From contig NC_086108.1 of the NCBI RefSeq assembly GCF_963921235.1, forward strand, positions 36,272,001-36,336,000: DNA of 64,000 nucleotides. Reading direction: 5' to 3'. The notes beneath the pieces are model-generated. The model made no database searches. It worked only from the letters and a program-made list of their open reading frames with translations, and was not told the DNA's origin. Position 1 is the stretch's first letter. The number at the start of each line of letters is the position of its first letter. The DNA is from Mobula hypostoma (Eukaryota). A program made the translations under genes and the position numbers. Shown in pieces: positions 26,530 to 39,095 of this stretch.

Positions 26530-29140
26530 AGTAAGTGTACCAAGCTGATCGCTGAACTTTGCCAGCTTGGTATCAGCTCATCCCTCTGCAGTTGGACCTT
26601 GGGCTTTCTGACTAACGGACCCCAATCAGTTAAGTCAGGGGTCCCCAACCTTTTTTGCACTGCAGACTGGTTTAATATTGACGACATTCTTGCGGACCGA
26701 CCGACACGGGGTGGGGGAGTGTTAATCACGACCACAATATAGGTGAAACTATAAGTCACTTATAAGTGGCTAATAATACACTCAATTTCGTTTCTAAAAA
26801 GGTTTATCTACGAATTTAATATTGAACACACAGTGCCTATCTTCCTCTCATGGATATAGTGAGAAGTCAATTATAAGTCACTTATAATTCAGTAGCATCA
26901 TAACGTTTTAAGTTACGTTTGGATATTAAACACACAGCGCATATTTTCCTCTTATGAACACATAAAATCATTGCAACACACCAATATCGCTGAATCAGTG
27001 GGAGCCCTGGGCTTGTTTCCCTGCAAGGCATCGAGGGGTGATGGGAGACAGCGATACTCGAAGGGGGTTCCTTATGTACAGTCTATTCCGCAATTTAGTT
27101 TTCATTACGTTCATTGCAGAAAATCCTGCTTCACAAAGATATGATGTTGGAAATGGAAGCAACGTTTTCAGTGCTTTGGTGGCTATCTCAGGATATTCAG
27201 CCTTGACTTTGATCCAGAATGCCGGCAGAGATGTTATGTCAAACATACTTTTCAGCCCACCATCATTTGCAAGCTTGAGTTGTTGACCTTCTTCCCGCAC
27301 TGACATGGATGATTCACTGGGGACATTCACAAATGGGTCACGGACCCATTCCTTTGTACGTCTTGGGTCACTTGCGGTTGGGAAGTAACGCCGAATTCTG
27401 TCGACAGCTAAGTTAGGTGATCGCGCACCAGCTGTGAGAAAGACGGTGCAGCCTCAGTCTCTCCCAAAATCCCAGTTAATGTTGGGAACAAGTCAAATAT
27501 GCCCCTGTCCACTCGCCGTCCCCACAGTTACAGTTTGGCTTTGAAAGCGGACACTTTGTCTGCCAACTTGAAGACAGTTGTCATTCTTCCCTGAAGTGGC
27601 AAACGGATTTCATTGCGCAGGTTGAAGATGTCACACAGCTAGCCACTAAGTACGACGCTCTCGGAGCAGCAGCATTTGTGGAGGTGGTGACTCTCAGCAC
27701 TTGCTTCTGTCCCGCTTGCTCACGTTTTTTGCCTGTCAAAAAACTCAACAGGTTTGATTTTAAGTGCAGGTGCTTGGACTCAAGGTGCCGAAGCAGTTTT
27801 GAGGGCTTCATTGCCTCATTAGACAGCTTGTCTTCACATATCACACACAGGGGGCTTGGAGCACGCAAGTCACCAGTCGCAATAAAGCCGTATTTTATGT
27901 ACGACTCGTCGTATTTTCTGTTGAAGGAAGCTTTTTTTTTGCAGTCTCTGCCTCAGCTGTCTCTGTGTTATCATCATCGTTAGGCCTTTTATGTCCCCTA
28001 CCACATCTTTCAAAGAAATTCTCAAGCGACGTTTGTTTTTTACTCATACTGACTGATGACTTTGCGTACGTTCAAGTTCAACAGTGGATGTGACAGGGAA
28101 TGAGGAAAGGTGCAGCTTCATATCGCTTCATACCGCCAAATAATATCATTTCTTTGTGGCCTGGTAGCACATGCTGTGCGGCCGGTGGTTGGGGACCACT
28201 GAGTTAAGTTAGACAACCTCTCCTCCTCCACTCTCACCCTGAACACCGGCGTGCCTCAAGGCTATGTGCTGAGCTCTCTTCTGTACTCCCTTTTTGCCTA
28301 TGACTGCGTTCCTGTACATGGTTCTAATTTCATAATCAAGTTCGTAGATGACACCACGGTGGTTGGCCTGATCAGAGGGGATGACAAGACAGCCTACAGG
28401 GACGAGATCCTGCACCTGGCCGCGTGGTGTGCCAACAACCTGGCCCTTAGCAACCAGAAGACCAAGGAGATCACTGTGGACTTCAGGCATGCTAAGACCC
28501 ACACTCGTGTCCCCATCTACATCAACGGAGCTGTAGTGGAGCGTGTATCAAGCTTCAAATTCCTTGGTGTCCACATTTCCGAGGATCTCACTTGGTCCCT
28601 GAACTCCTCCATCCTGATCAAAAAATCGCAACAGCGCCTTTATTTCCTGCGGAGCAACAAGAAAGCTCACCTCTGTCCCAGGATACTGACAGACTTTTAT
28701 TGCTGTACCATTGAGAGCATACTCACCAGCTGCATCTCAGTGTGGTATGGCAATTGTCCCATATCGGACCGCAAAGCACTCCAGTGTGTGGTGAAAACTG
28801 CCCAGCAGATTATCGGCACCCAATTGCCCATGGACTTATTACTCTCCTCCCATCTGGTAGGCGCTACAGGAGCCTCCGCTCCCACACTAGCAGGTACAGG
28901 AAGAGCTTCTTCCCTGAGGCTGTGACCCTGCTGAACCTCTCATCACAGCGCTAAGCAGCATTGCACCCATATTGTACTGTCTCAGTACTTTTTATATTTG
29001 TGTGCTGTAGCACTTTTTATTCGCAGTAATTTTGTAAATAACACTATTCTTTGCATTTCTGGTCAGATGCTAACTGCATTTCATTGGCTTTAATCTGTAC
29101 TCGGTACAATGACAATGAAGTTGAATCTAATCTATTCTAA
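26530..29140 (+). mobile_element. 5'-truncated Rex1/Babar-like LINE (RT C-terminal half), interrupted by a hAT element
   Basis: LGISSSLCSWTLGFLT..PQSVK (26524 ORF) rejoins LDNLSSSTLTLNTGVPQG...IIKFVDDTTVVGLI...QQRLYFLR...CISVWYGN (28210-28925); (AATCT)n-like tail at about 29124-29140. Confidence 0.85.
26636..28201 (-). mobile_element. Internally deleted hAT-Charlie/Buster DNA transposon
   Basis: TIRs CAGGGGTCCCCAACC / GGTTGGGGACCACTG; 8-bp TSD AGTTAAGT (26628-26635, 28202-28209, NNNTANNN); ZBED5/SCAND3-like remnants CVICEDKLSNEAMKPSKLLRHLESKH and FWIKVKAEYPEIA...FPTSYLCEAGFS. Confidence 0.93.
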
Positions 29141-30559
29141 TTTAATGAAGTGACAATGTTCCCTCAAATGCTTTTACAAATGCGTGGTCCAGCCATTGCT
29201 CTGAGCAGGAAACTTGCACAGCCTGAAAACTCTGCAGCACTTTTGTGAAACATTTATATTAAAGAAAATTCCAGCTGTACAGCAACAAAGGGTATGTGCG
29301 CTGGAGCATTTCAGCCACACACCTGTGCAGCTTAGATGGAACACTGTGCAGTGCTATAATTTAGTTGCCTTGCCTATTTTTAGGACTTTTTTCTTTGAAT
29401 GGCAGATGTTCATAATGTCACATGTAGCACATTCTAGTGTTCTTTAATGTTTATATAAATCCTTTTATCAGCACCTTTCCCGAGTGCAAAATGTAAAGAT
29501 CCCTGATAAACCATTCTGAATTCAGAACCTCTTAGTTTTTTTGATGCCCAAACACAAGTCCATCAGAAATGGTCTTATTAAGAGATTTGTGTATGAACAT
29601 TTATTGGCTGTGCTACAGTTCTACCAGACGATTATTTATTTCATGAAGTTTGATTAAATAATTATTGGTAATGCTCATATGAGACTGTATGATTTCTATT
29701 CCTTCTCAAATAATGCTGATGATTTAATTTGTAGATGACCAATCTTTATGCAAGTGAAAAAGCCACACATTTAGCAATGTAAATAATTCCAAGGTAATTT
29801 GTTAAATGAAAAAGCTTTTACAGGCATTTAAAGGCTTGATAAAATTCTATATAAAATGCTACTTTTATTAACTTCATAATTTGTAAACAATTGTGGCAAG
29901 GTTTAGCCATCTTCTCTGCACCTTATGCTAATTATATTTGGTCAGTGTGACAATCGTGCAAGTTAATATTTTGGTATCCGTATTGGTGAAAAAATTTCCT
30001 TTAGTATTTGTAAGCTGTATTTAAATAGCTCAGCTTTATGCTTAGAATAATTACTGTTAATTTTTAAGTGATTTAAATTGAGTTACCTAAAGATTTGCAT
30101 AGTGGCAGGTGGTTAAAAACATTCTTTAAAAAAATTAGACAAGCATTCAATAAAGGTAGAATAACTTTAATGGATGATTTTGATGTATATAACACAGGCC
30201 CTCCCTGGATTCTGAGCACCTGACCTATGGACAATCATAGATAAGAGAAAGCTCCTATAATATTATTAAATTCAAATGAGTCTTTAAAAACTTGTTTACT
30301 TGTTAAAGTCCCTTTAATGGTGTTAAGGACTAGATGGATCTTAGAATCCATGTCCGTAGCTCTCTGAAAGTGGCTGCGCAACTGGTTAAGGTAGTAAAGA
30401 AGATGTATGCTCAGAATGCATTTTGATCTGATTACACTTGTGCTGTTCTCTCAGTTGCTCAGTTAATGCACAGATTTGCTATTTAGATCTTTTGCTTCCT
30501 TTGTCATACTGATTTCATAGCTTGCCACAACTCTTCAGTTAACACATACACCTGATCGT

Positions 30560-30835
30560 TATAGACACGAGACTGTAGATACAACATACACAAAATGTTG
30601 GAGGGACTCAGCAGATCAGGCAGTATTTATATGCTGTAGTGCTGTAGTTTCTATGGTTCTATTAGGCAGAAAATGGATCGGCACAGCCAAGAAGGGCCAG
30701 AAGGCCTGTTTCTGTGCTGTAGTTTCTATGGTTCTATGGTTCTATACGTGAGAGCCAGTTCTGCCTGGCAGCTATTTATTTCCTTCCATAAATGCTGCCT
30801 GACCCGCTGAGCTCCTCCAGCATTTTGTAGTATGT
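30560..30835. repeat. Inverted Penelope-derived repeats flanking a CR1-type 3' tail
   Basis: CAAAATGTTGGAGGGACTCAGCAGATCAGGCAG (about 30591) vs GCTGCCTGACCCGCTGAGCTCCTCCAGCATTTTG (about 30794); (TTCTATGG)n tail between them. Confidence 0.6.
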
Positions 30836-33256
30836 TATCTGATCTTTATATTTTTTCATCATGTTAGTCTTGTAACTGAATATTTTTTCTCTTTCTTAGG
30901 TGTGATAAGACTGCCAGTGTTCATGCCATTTTTTCCTTTCCCTCAAGCATTCTCTGGATTTATCCAGTGCTCTTTCAATATCATTTAGCTGCCAGATTCT
31001 GTTAGACTGAGCATTGATGGTGTATTTCATTCTGATTTCTTCATTAATCTTATCAAGTTGGAATACATTGTTCCTCTCCCCCCCCACCATTGTAGTAGTT
31101 TTCTTCCCCCCCTTATTTGACCGTGGTGTATACATAGACAAATTAATTGCCTACTCAACAGAGCTACCTTAACCCATATCAGTAGATTGCACAACTGAAA
31201 TTCAAACAGACAGTGCCCAACAACTAGGTTACTTTGTACAAGAATTTGATAACTAGACTATGCACAACTGACTCATAAAATTTAACTTCTCTACAGTAGA
31301 GTATCTCCTTCACTCTTAAACTTCCTTAAAATGGTGTATTCAAATAAGAACTAGGTGCTTCCCTAGTTATTAGGAAAATAAGCACAAAGATTTTAATCCT
31401 GTTAAATAATACACACGCTGAAATGTTCCCTTTCGTGTGGGATTCTTCCTCATGCTTAAATCTTTGCAACCATCTTGCTGTCTACTATCAAGGCCCTTCA
31501 GAAGTCAAGAACGAGCCACACACCTTGTGGTTGCAGCTATTAGGTGTTTATAACAAAGAAATAATAGTAAACAGCTCACTCTAAGTAAGAATTAAGGAGA
31601 GAAGAAAAAATAAGACAAACAACAAAAAAATTGTGGTCATCTGGTATTGAAAACTAGCTCAAATTAGACAGAGTCCCGAAGCCTGTGTTGTCTTCCTGGT
31701 ACTCAAATTTGGGACATTTCATCTGACTTGCAGAGGGACTTGGAGCGGAATGGGAAAGATCTAGTTGTTGTCTATTTCGGTAGTAACTATTCAGGCAGAA
31801 CACTTCCACAACATATCTTGATCAGTTTTGCATGTTTATTAATATCGCCGATACAAAAGGGATGCCTCTGGTTTGATGATTCAATGTGCCTGAGCTTTTA
31901 GTTTTCAAAAAATTCTCAAGTGGGTGAGAATTCTGCTATGCTGTTTCAAAATAAATGCACTGTTTCAAAATAAATTTCATTTCTAATAGTTATATGTATC
32001 AAAAATAAAAGCCCTTATCTTTGGATGCTTTTTAAGATCTTTTTGAGCATAGTACCTTCAATAAATTTGAGCATATTACTTAATACTCTAAGTTGCTTTT
32101 GCTTCAGTTTATAGTACTTCTGCATTAGGTTCACTGCTATAGACATATTTAAAGTAGGCTAATTTAGCACAATCAAAGCAATCAGATTTTCTAATGTACA
32201 AATGTTGTAAATTCTGGAAAATCATGAATGTTGGCAATGGGTTTCAAAGAGAACTGCTGGTATATCTCAGAAAAATTTCAGGCTCTTTGGAATTGTCCAG
32301 TTATACTAAATGACAGCAATTTTAAAAAGTACATCTTCAGTAATAATCTTAATTCATATGGAACCAATATTAGGTATATTTTTTGAAAGAAATGGATTAA
32401 AGAAGAAAATATTGACTTCTTCTGTATCAGGATGTTAGGATCATTGGCCAGTGACAAGAAAGGAACCAATTGCTGATAAAAAGGAAACTCGATCTAAAAA
32501 GCAGGACCAAGAGTAACCCAGTATGAGGGAGTCAGGGACAATCAATCTCATGAATTTTTGAGGTCAAGTATTACAGCCCAATTCTCTGTGTGTCATTTTA
32601 ATATATCTTAGTTCTTTATATACAAGTTGAGTGTTCACTTCTGAAGAAATCAGAACAAAATGTGAGACAATTATCCTTTGTAGCTCTTGGCATTGCAAGC
32701 CTGAAAGAAACTAAATTAACAATGTGAGAAGTGTCTTTATTTCATAATTGGAATTTGAAGTGGGAGAGAAAAAAATTCAGTTCTTGTCCATGTGGGTACC
32801 AACAACGTAGAAGGAACAATGAAAGAGGTTCTGCTGAGGGAATTTGGATAGTTAGGTACAGAATTTAAAAAAACAGAACTAAAAAGATAATCTCTATTGT
32901 TACATGTGCAGATTAGCACTGGGCTAATAAGATTAGAGGATTGTGTGGCTCAAGATTGTGGCAGAAGTGGGTCTGAATTCTTGGGGCATTGGCACCGGTA
33001 TTTTGGACAGAGTTGTTCCAATTGACAGGCTCCACCTGAGTCATGTTGAAACAAGGGTTCAAGTGAATCATCTAGTTAGGGTGGTGGATAGGGCTTTAAA
33101 CTAAATAGTGGATGGGGATGGGAGGGAGGATCCAACATGTTGGAAATGTATGGATAAAGTAAAAGGGAAGGATAGTGCAGGAGAGGTTACAGAAGTTTAC
33201 AGAATAAAGAATAAGACAATGTTCAGAAGGGGATGAGAATAAAAATTCAGGCAACA

Positions 33257-33882
33257 TGAATTGAATTGACTTTATTTCTTACATCCTTTACATACATGAG
33301 TAAAAATTTTTACGTTACATCACCATCTAAATGTGCAATCATAGTAATTTATAATAAATAGAACAGTCAGTGTAATATAAAGTACACTCAAATCAGTGTG
33401 AGTTCATCAGTCTGATGGCCTGGTTTGAAGAAGCTGTTCTAGAGCCTGTTGATCCCGGCTTTTATGTTGCGGTACTGCTTCCCGGATGGTAGCAGCTAGA
33501 ATAGATTGTGCTTGGGATGGCTTGGGTCCCCAATGATCCTACGGGCCCTTTTTACACACCTGTCTTTGTAAATGTCCTGAATAATGGGAAGTTCACAACT
33601 ACAGATGCACTGGGCTATCTGCACCACTCTCTGCAAAGTCCTGCAATTAAGGGAGGTACAGTTCCCATACCAGGCAGTGATGCAGCCAGTCAGGTTGCTC
33701 TCAATTGTGCCTTGTAGGAAGTTCTTAGGATTTGGGGGCCCATACCAAAGTTCCTCAACTACCTGAGGTGAAAGAGGCGCTGTTGTGCCTTCTTCACCAC
33801 ACAGCTGGTGTGAACAGATCAAGTGAGGTCCTCGGTGATGTGGATGCCGAGGAACTTGAAGCTATTTACCCTCTTTACCCCT
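33257..33882 (-). mobile_element. Rex1/Babar-like LINE 3' fragment
   Basis: TIESNLTGCITAWYGNCT...LQRVV..AQ.I...LP.IQDIY..RCVKRARRII.DPSHP; AATAAA plus (TTCAA)n tail at 33257-33276. Confidence 0.8.
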
Positions 33883-34119
33883 GAACTCCAGAGTACAGGA
33901 CTGAAAGTGTTATGTTTAAATTCACTCTGAAAATGATGATCTTGTAGCAGTTAGGAACTCACAGGTTTGAACTTGTCACCACATTCATCGAAAGATCAGA
34001 CAGGCGATCAGAAGAGGTTGGGCTGGTGGTGTTGGTTTAAAAAAAAATGAAATCAAATCCTTAGAAATAAGTGATCTAGGATGAGAAGATTTTTAAAATT
34101 TATAGATATGCTTAGAGAT

Positions 34120-34340
34120 TCATTATGGTAACAGGCTCTTCAAACCCAATGAGCCCGCACTGCCCAATTACACCATTGTGATCAATTAACCCATTCACCT
34201 TTGGCAGGTGGATGGAAACTAGAGCACCCAGAGGAAACCCGAGGTTATGGGTAGAACATACAAACTTCACAGACAGCGGTGCATTGAACCGGAGTCACTG
34301 ATGCAGTAATGATGTTGCACTTACTCAGACCACTGCCTTC
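34120..34340 (-). mobile_element. V-SINE-like SINE
   Basis: GAGCACCCAGAGGAAACCC...AGAACATACAAACTTCACAGACAGC is the reverse complement of a V-SINE-like core. Confidence 0.55.
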
Positions 34341-34356
34341 ATCTACAGCTATTATA

Positions 34357-36672
34357 TGTAACATTCGCTTTGCCAAGTGGCATGATCTTGGGGTGATAAC
34401 CCCCTGCTCAATCCAGCTTCTTCCACCCCGATCTGAAAGTTTTTCCACTTCATTTAAACTGTCGATGGTTATCTTCAGGTTCCCTTCCGCTTCCCTCTTC
34501 AGATATCTGTCCGCAATTGCTTCACCTCCTCGGAAGTGTAGTCAAACTCCCCTCTCTGGGCTCTCGGTTTTCTATTGGCCTTAGTCAGACAGCTTCCTTA
34601 GTCTTCCCCAATGTGCAAGTCTTCCAATCTTTTCTGGATTAATTCATCAGTAAGTGGTCGCAGTTTCTGCTTGAAATTCCGGTTCTCCATCTCCATGTTG
34701 ACGAGCGTGGACTCTAAGTCTTCAAGGTTTGTCCCAAAAGTGCGGCACTGTTTCCAGCCTGCATTTCTGAGCGCTCAGTTCAGCGGTGCAAATCCCTTCT
34801 CTCCCCAGTGTCTCATTCCGATTGATGACCTGGGTTTCCAGCCCCAGGTCCACCACCATCTGTTCCAACACCAGGAAGTTCAAATGGTATGTGGGGTCAT
34901 TTCTGTCAGATTGCACCAAACTCCACTGGCCAAAAACTACTCCACATTTTACACTTCGCCTCTGTCACTTTTCCCCCCTCCCTTTCTTCTCCAAGGGAGG
35001 GTAGCCCCATAGCAGCAGATTCAAGGAGTGCCGCACTTTGCCGTATTCCCTGGCAAATCTCCAAGAATTACTGTAGAATTCCACAGCTGACCACAGAGCA
35101 CGTGCGAAATGCATCTTTCTCTAGGCCTGGCACTCGTCCAAAGAAAGTTTTAATTCTTTAACTCTTTGTTGCCCGGGCTTCGGCACTCGCCTCTCATCAT
35201 AGTCCCCAAGGCAAATCCAAACCCTAGACGATCATCCATATATGCCAGAACTCCAAACACCTCCACATCCCCCATGGTCTTCCCTCTGCCCCGCGGAAAG
35301 GTTGCAGGGGCTCTGGATATGCCCTGTGGCATCTTTTCGGACCGGAAGAATCCTAGGGGACCTATAACGGCCGTCTTCTCCTTGTTGGCCTCACTCATCG
35401 GGATCTGGCAACATCCACTCCTCAGATCCAGCACATTAAATCACGTTGCACCACACAAACAGACCATCGCATCTTGGGCCCTCAGGACCGTATTCTGGTC
35501 AATGACAGTGCGCCTGTCCTGAGTCCTATAATCTATACGCCCGCTGCCTACGTCTTCCACGGCTACAGGGGTCAGTCGCCGCTACCTCTCTCTCACTGAG
35601 ATGTCTCCACCTGTCGCTTTCCTTCAGCCGAGCACTGCCACTCACCTAACAACTGAGAGGTCCGCTCCGCCCATGCCTCCGCCCCTTTAGGGGTGGACAT
35701 TATTCCAAAAACCGGGCAGAGCCTGCCATAGCTGGAGCATTCCGACCACTTTTTCCCTTCCCTCCTGACAGTATGGACAGCCCCTGGCCCCGCCTCCCCT
35801 GGGGCACCAATAGATACTGGCCATCCCACCTCCGTGACGTCAGCGCTAGCCCGCACTGAAGCAAGGTCTGAGCCTGCCATTTTATCAAACTTTTGCGCTG
35901 CTGTTACAACTTCACCATCAGCTTTAACCGTACTCAACAATTCATCCAAGGTACGAATATCCACCCCACTCAACACATTACTAACTGCAATCCCACAGAG
36001 ACACAGCAGCACTGATTTAAACAGAGCAATAACACAGAACACTGAATCAAGTCCAAGGACGAAGCCCCCAAATGTAACACTCGCTTTGCCAAGTGGCATG
36101 ATCTCGGGGTGATAACCCCCTGCCCGGCCAAACCTTAGCACTCTGGTTTGGGCGGGTGTTGCGTGTTGTGTCCCCTGTGTAACAGCAGTATCCCGAAATA
36201 ACATTCAGTCGGTTAAACAATTAAGATTTTATATTTAAGTATGGGGTTAGTAGAGAAACAAAAGAAAAGAAAAACAAATAAAAGGCACCAGTAATCTCAT
36301 AAAAATGTCCAGTGCACAACATTGGAGCTCGCGGATTTCCTTTTGCTAATCCTCCTCTCGTCGTCGACCCCTGGGCTCCCGCCCCGAGCCCAGGCCCAGC
36401 GAGTCTGGCAACCATCTCCTCAAGCCACCTCTTCTCTCTCCATCCTCTTCATGCCTTCTCCTTCCATCCTCTTCATGCCTTCTCCCCGAAGTTCGCGCAA
36501 ACTAACAGCTTTCACACAGACAGAAAGAATAACATCTATCCCAATTGATTAGCAAATGAATACAAGTCCCATTATCACTAACTGCTGTAGAGAACCCCTG
36601 TCTCAGCAGTTAACAGTACAGAGAAGCCATTTTATTCCCCTTAGCAGTAACATAAAAGAAGAAACCCTTACA
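34357..36672 (-). mobile_element. Deleted Gypsy/Ty3 LTR retrotransposon
   Basis: LTR 36073-36672 (TGTAA...TTACA); its first about 50 bp recur at 34357-34406 (remnant of the other LTR); PBS-like TGGGGGCTTCGTCC next to the LTR; RT remnant LDLRSG..QIPM...EKTA...MPQG...APATF...YMDD (35150-35434); gag-like W.E...LL.EWQ..E.KR. Confidence 0.85.
36053..36070 (-). promoter_or_regulatory. tRNA-Pro-like primer binding site
   Basis: TGGGGGCTTCGTCCTTGG two bases after the LTR end resembles the tRNA-Pro PBS TGGGGGCTCGTCCGGGAT. Confidence 0.65.
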
Positions 36673-37054
36673 CTCAGGAAGTACAGTTCAATATCAGGGT
36701 ACAATTTACAGACACCGAGTAGGAGTTTATAGACATTGAGTCTACATATTTGTTTCATTATAGTGTCTATTTTTTTTAAACATATTTTTGTCTGACACGA
36801 ACCTAATCTCTGTTCTGTCCTTGCAGCCTTTATGGAATGTTTTTAGGATAGAATGCAAAACGAACAATTATATCAAACTCAATAAACGAATAAATGTTAG
36901 CTTAATTTTTGTATAAAAATGTTTGCATATAAAACCACTTGTATGTCTTGTATTTAATAAATTCTGTGCAGAATTTTGACACTTGTAATGCAATAATACT
37001 TCCATTCATCATGAGAATGATGAGGTCTCATTTATCATGAGGTTTGGTATAGCA

Positions 37055-37230
37055 GTGTTGGCACAGCAATGGATGCAGGTACCTCAGCGCCAGAAACCCA
37101 GGTTTGATCCTGACCCTGTGTAGTGTTTCCATTTTCTTTTTGTGATCATATTAGCTTCTTGATGCTCCAGCAGCACGCCCCAAAGGGCACCCTGGCATAT
37201 AATATAGGTTAGTAACAGAAAGGGAATAAA
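37055..37230 (+). mobile_element. Degraded tRNA-derived SINE
   Basis: GGCACAGC...ACCTCAGCGCCAGAAACCCAGGTTTGATCCTGACC (A/B-box-like head). Confidence 0.45.
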
Positions 37231-37877
37231 TTGAGGGGTACAAAAATGAGGAGGCTGGGTAATTAAAGAAAAAAACTGCCAACTTCAACTTGCTTTTCCT
37301 CGTTTCTTTCTTGAATCACTATCCTGGTACAGAGTACGCACTGAGAACCCAATCGTAATGTTTATTTTGGATTTCTCTCTTGTACTTCGGTACTTTCTTC
37401 ACAAAAACAAATAGGTATCAAAGATGATTGCAGTAGACTGGAGAACAGATGATTGCAGTAGATTCACATTTCTATATACATATAACATTTCTGTGCAGTG
37501 ATTCTACTTTAAAAAAGCATTTGTTCCATGTTCATTCAACATTCTTATTGTACTGGGAGGAAAACTCAGCAAAATGCTTTTACAATCAAAGTACTGTTTT
37601 GCAACACGATGTACGTAGTGAGTACTGCAAGTAGGTCTCAAGTGTTATTGACTGTGCCCCTGCAATTTATTCACTCTTTTTGACAGTAACTTACATGAGG
37701 AGTTAATTAGAATTTAAAATCTTTACTTTAGAAAATTATTGTGTAGCAACTATTATGTCTTTGAAGATTTCTGTAATGTTGAATATTTCTTTAGTCACTT
37801 AGAAAGGTTGTAATAAAGATACATACTATTTTAGGCCATTTAGTTAATGGGAGCATTGCTTATATTCTGGAGAAATA

Positions 37878-38582
37878 CAGATACCCCCATTTTTCAAAAG
37901 TTTCCTTTATGCCACTTCGCTTTTACAAAAGGCCTACATTAGTACCTGTTTTCGCTGACTGAAAGAAATCCGGAGGATTTTTGCTTTTACGAAAAAAGGC
38001 AAAAAGCGAAAATAGTGTTGTGTTTTTTTTGCAGCGAGCTGTTATAGAGGCAACAGGCATCCCGAGCAGTGAGAGTGGCGAAAAGCGAAAATAGCGTTCA
38101 CGTTTGTTTTGCAGCGAGCCGTTATAGAGGCAGCGCGCATGCCATAGCTTTGAGCTGCATGAGATTTTCGCTACAATTGACAGTGCTGCAATGATTGCAG
38201 AAAAGTATGACTTTAATTTTGAAAGGGCACGTAGGTTTAGGGCAGGTTTGCAGGATGTTTTGAGTGCTTACAAAGAACTGTATGATAGAAAAATGTGTGA
38301 ACGCTGTCTTCCCGATTCTGGTAAGTGAAACTACACTGTACATTATTTCTACTTTATATAGGCTGTGTATTTATCATATCATTCCTGCTTTTACTATATG
38401 TTAGTGTTATTTTAGGTTTTATGTGTTATTTGGTATGATTTGGTAGGTTATTTTTTGGGCCTGGGAACGCTCAAAAATTTTTCCCATATAAGTTAATGGT
38501 AATTGCTTCTTCGTTTTACGTCATTTCAGCTTACGAAAGGTTTCGTAGGAACATTCTACTTTCGGATAGCGGGGGATACCTG
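37878..38582 (+). mobile_element. Non-autonomous TcMar-Tigger element
   Basis: TA|CAGATACCCCCATTTTTC ... GATAGCGGGGGATACCTG|TA; subterminal sequences shared with 44464-46036; internal direct repeat of about 60 bp (about 37998 and 38077). Confidence 0.85.
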
Positions 38583-38812
38583 TAGTTGGCATTTATTGTT
38601 TTCTTAAACTTGACATTCTTCTGATTTTCTTCCTTGATAAGGTACATCAAATGACAGGAAACAGGTTTATTCAGTTCTGTTCCTTGGAAGTGAGTTTTGA
38701 AGTTAAGATCAGTGTAGTAACATCCAAAATACGTTGAATGTGTGTCAATACACAGACACTTGCTGTAGGAAACAATATAACATTAAACTCTGTTAAGCGT
38801 TTGTCATGTGAG

Positions 38813-39095
38813 TGGCATGGTAGTCATGGGGTCAATTCCCGCTGCTGTCTCTAAGGAGTTTGTACGTTTTCTGTGTGGGTTTCCTCTGGGTCCTCCACTT
38901 TCATCCCACATTGCAAAGAAGAACAGGTTAGGATTAGTAAGATGTGGGCATGCTGTGTCGGTGCTGGTAGCATTACAACGCAAGCGGACTGCACCCAGTG
39001 CATCCTTAGACAGTGTTGGTCGTTGTTGCAAAAAACACCTTTCACTGTATATTTTGATGTTTCAGTGTACATGTGACAAGTAAAGCAAATCTTTT
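38813..39095 (+). mobile_element. V-SINE-like SINE
   Basis: GGGGTCAATTCCCGCTGCTGTCTCTAAGGAGTTTGTACGTT...GTGGGTTTCCTCTGGGT core; tail GTACATGTGACAAGTAAAGC. Confidence 0.65.

Noticed and set aside
26995..27868. ZBED5/SCAND3-like ORFs as a domesticated host gene
   Set aside because: Fragmented, internally deleted and enclosed by TIRs and a TSD; a transposon remnant.
30195..30275. Possible Tigger-like terminal fragment CAGGCCCTCCCTGGATT...
   Set aside because: No matching second TIR or TA TSD found; too degraded to call.
30632..30745. (TTCTATGG)n and TGCTGTAG short repeats
   Set aside because: Ordinary CR1-type 3' tail microsatellite.
37422..37463. AGATGATTGCAGTAGA repeated with a 10-bp spacer
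   Set aside because: Only two copies; consistent with a repair or insertion footprint, no evidence of function.
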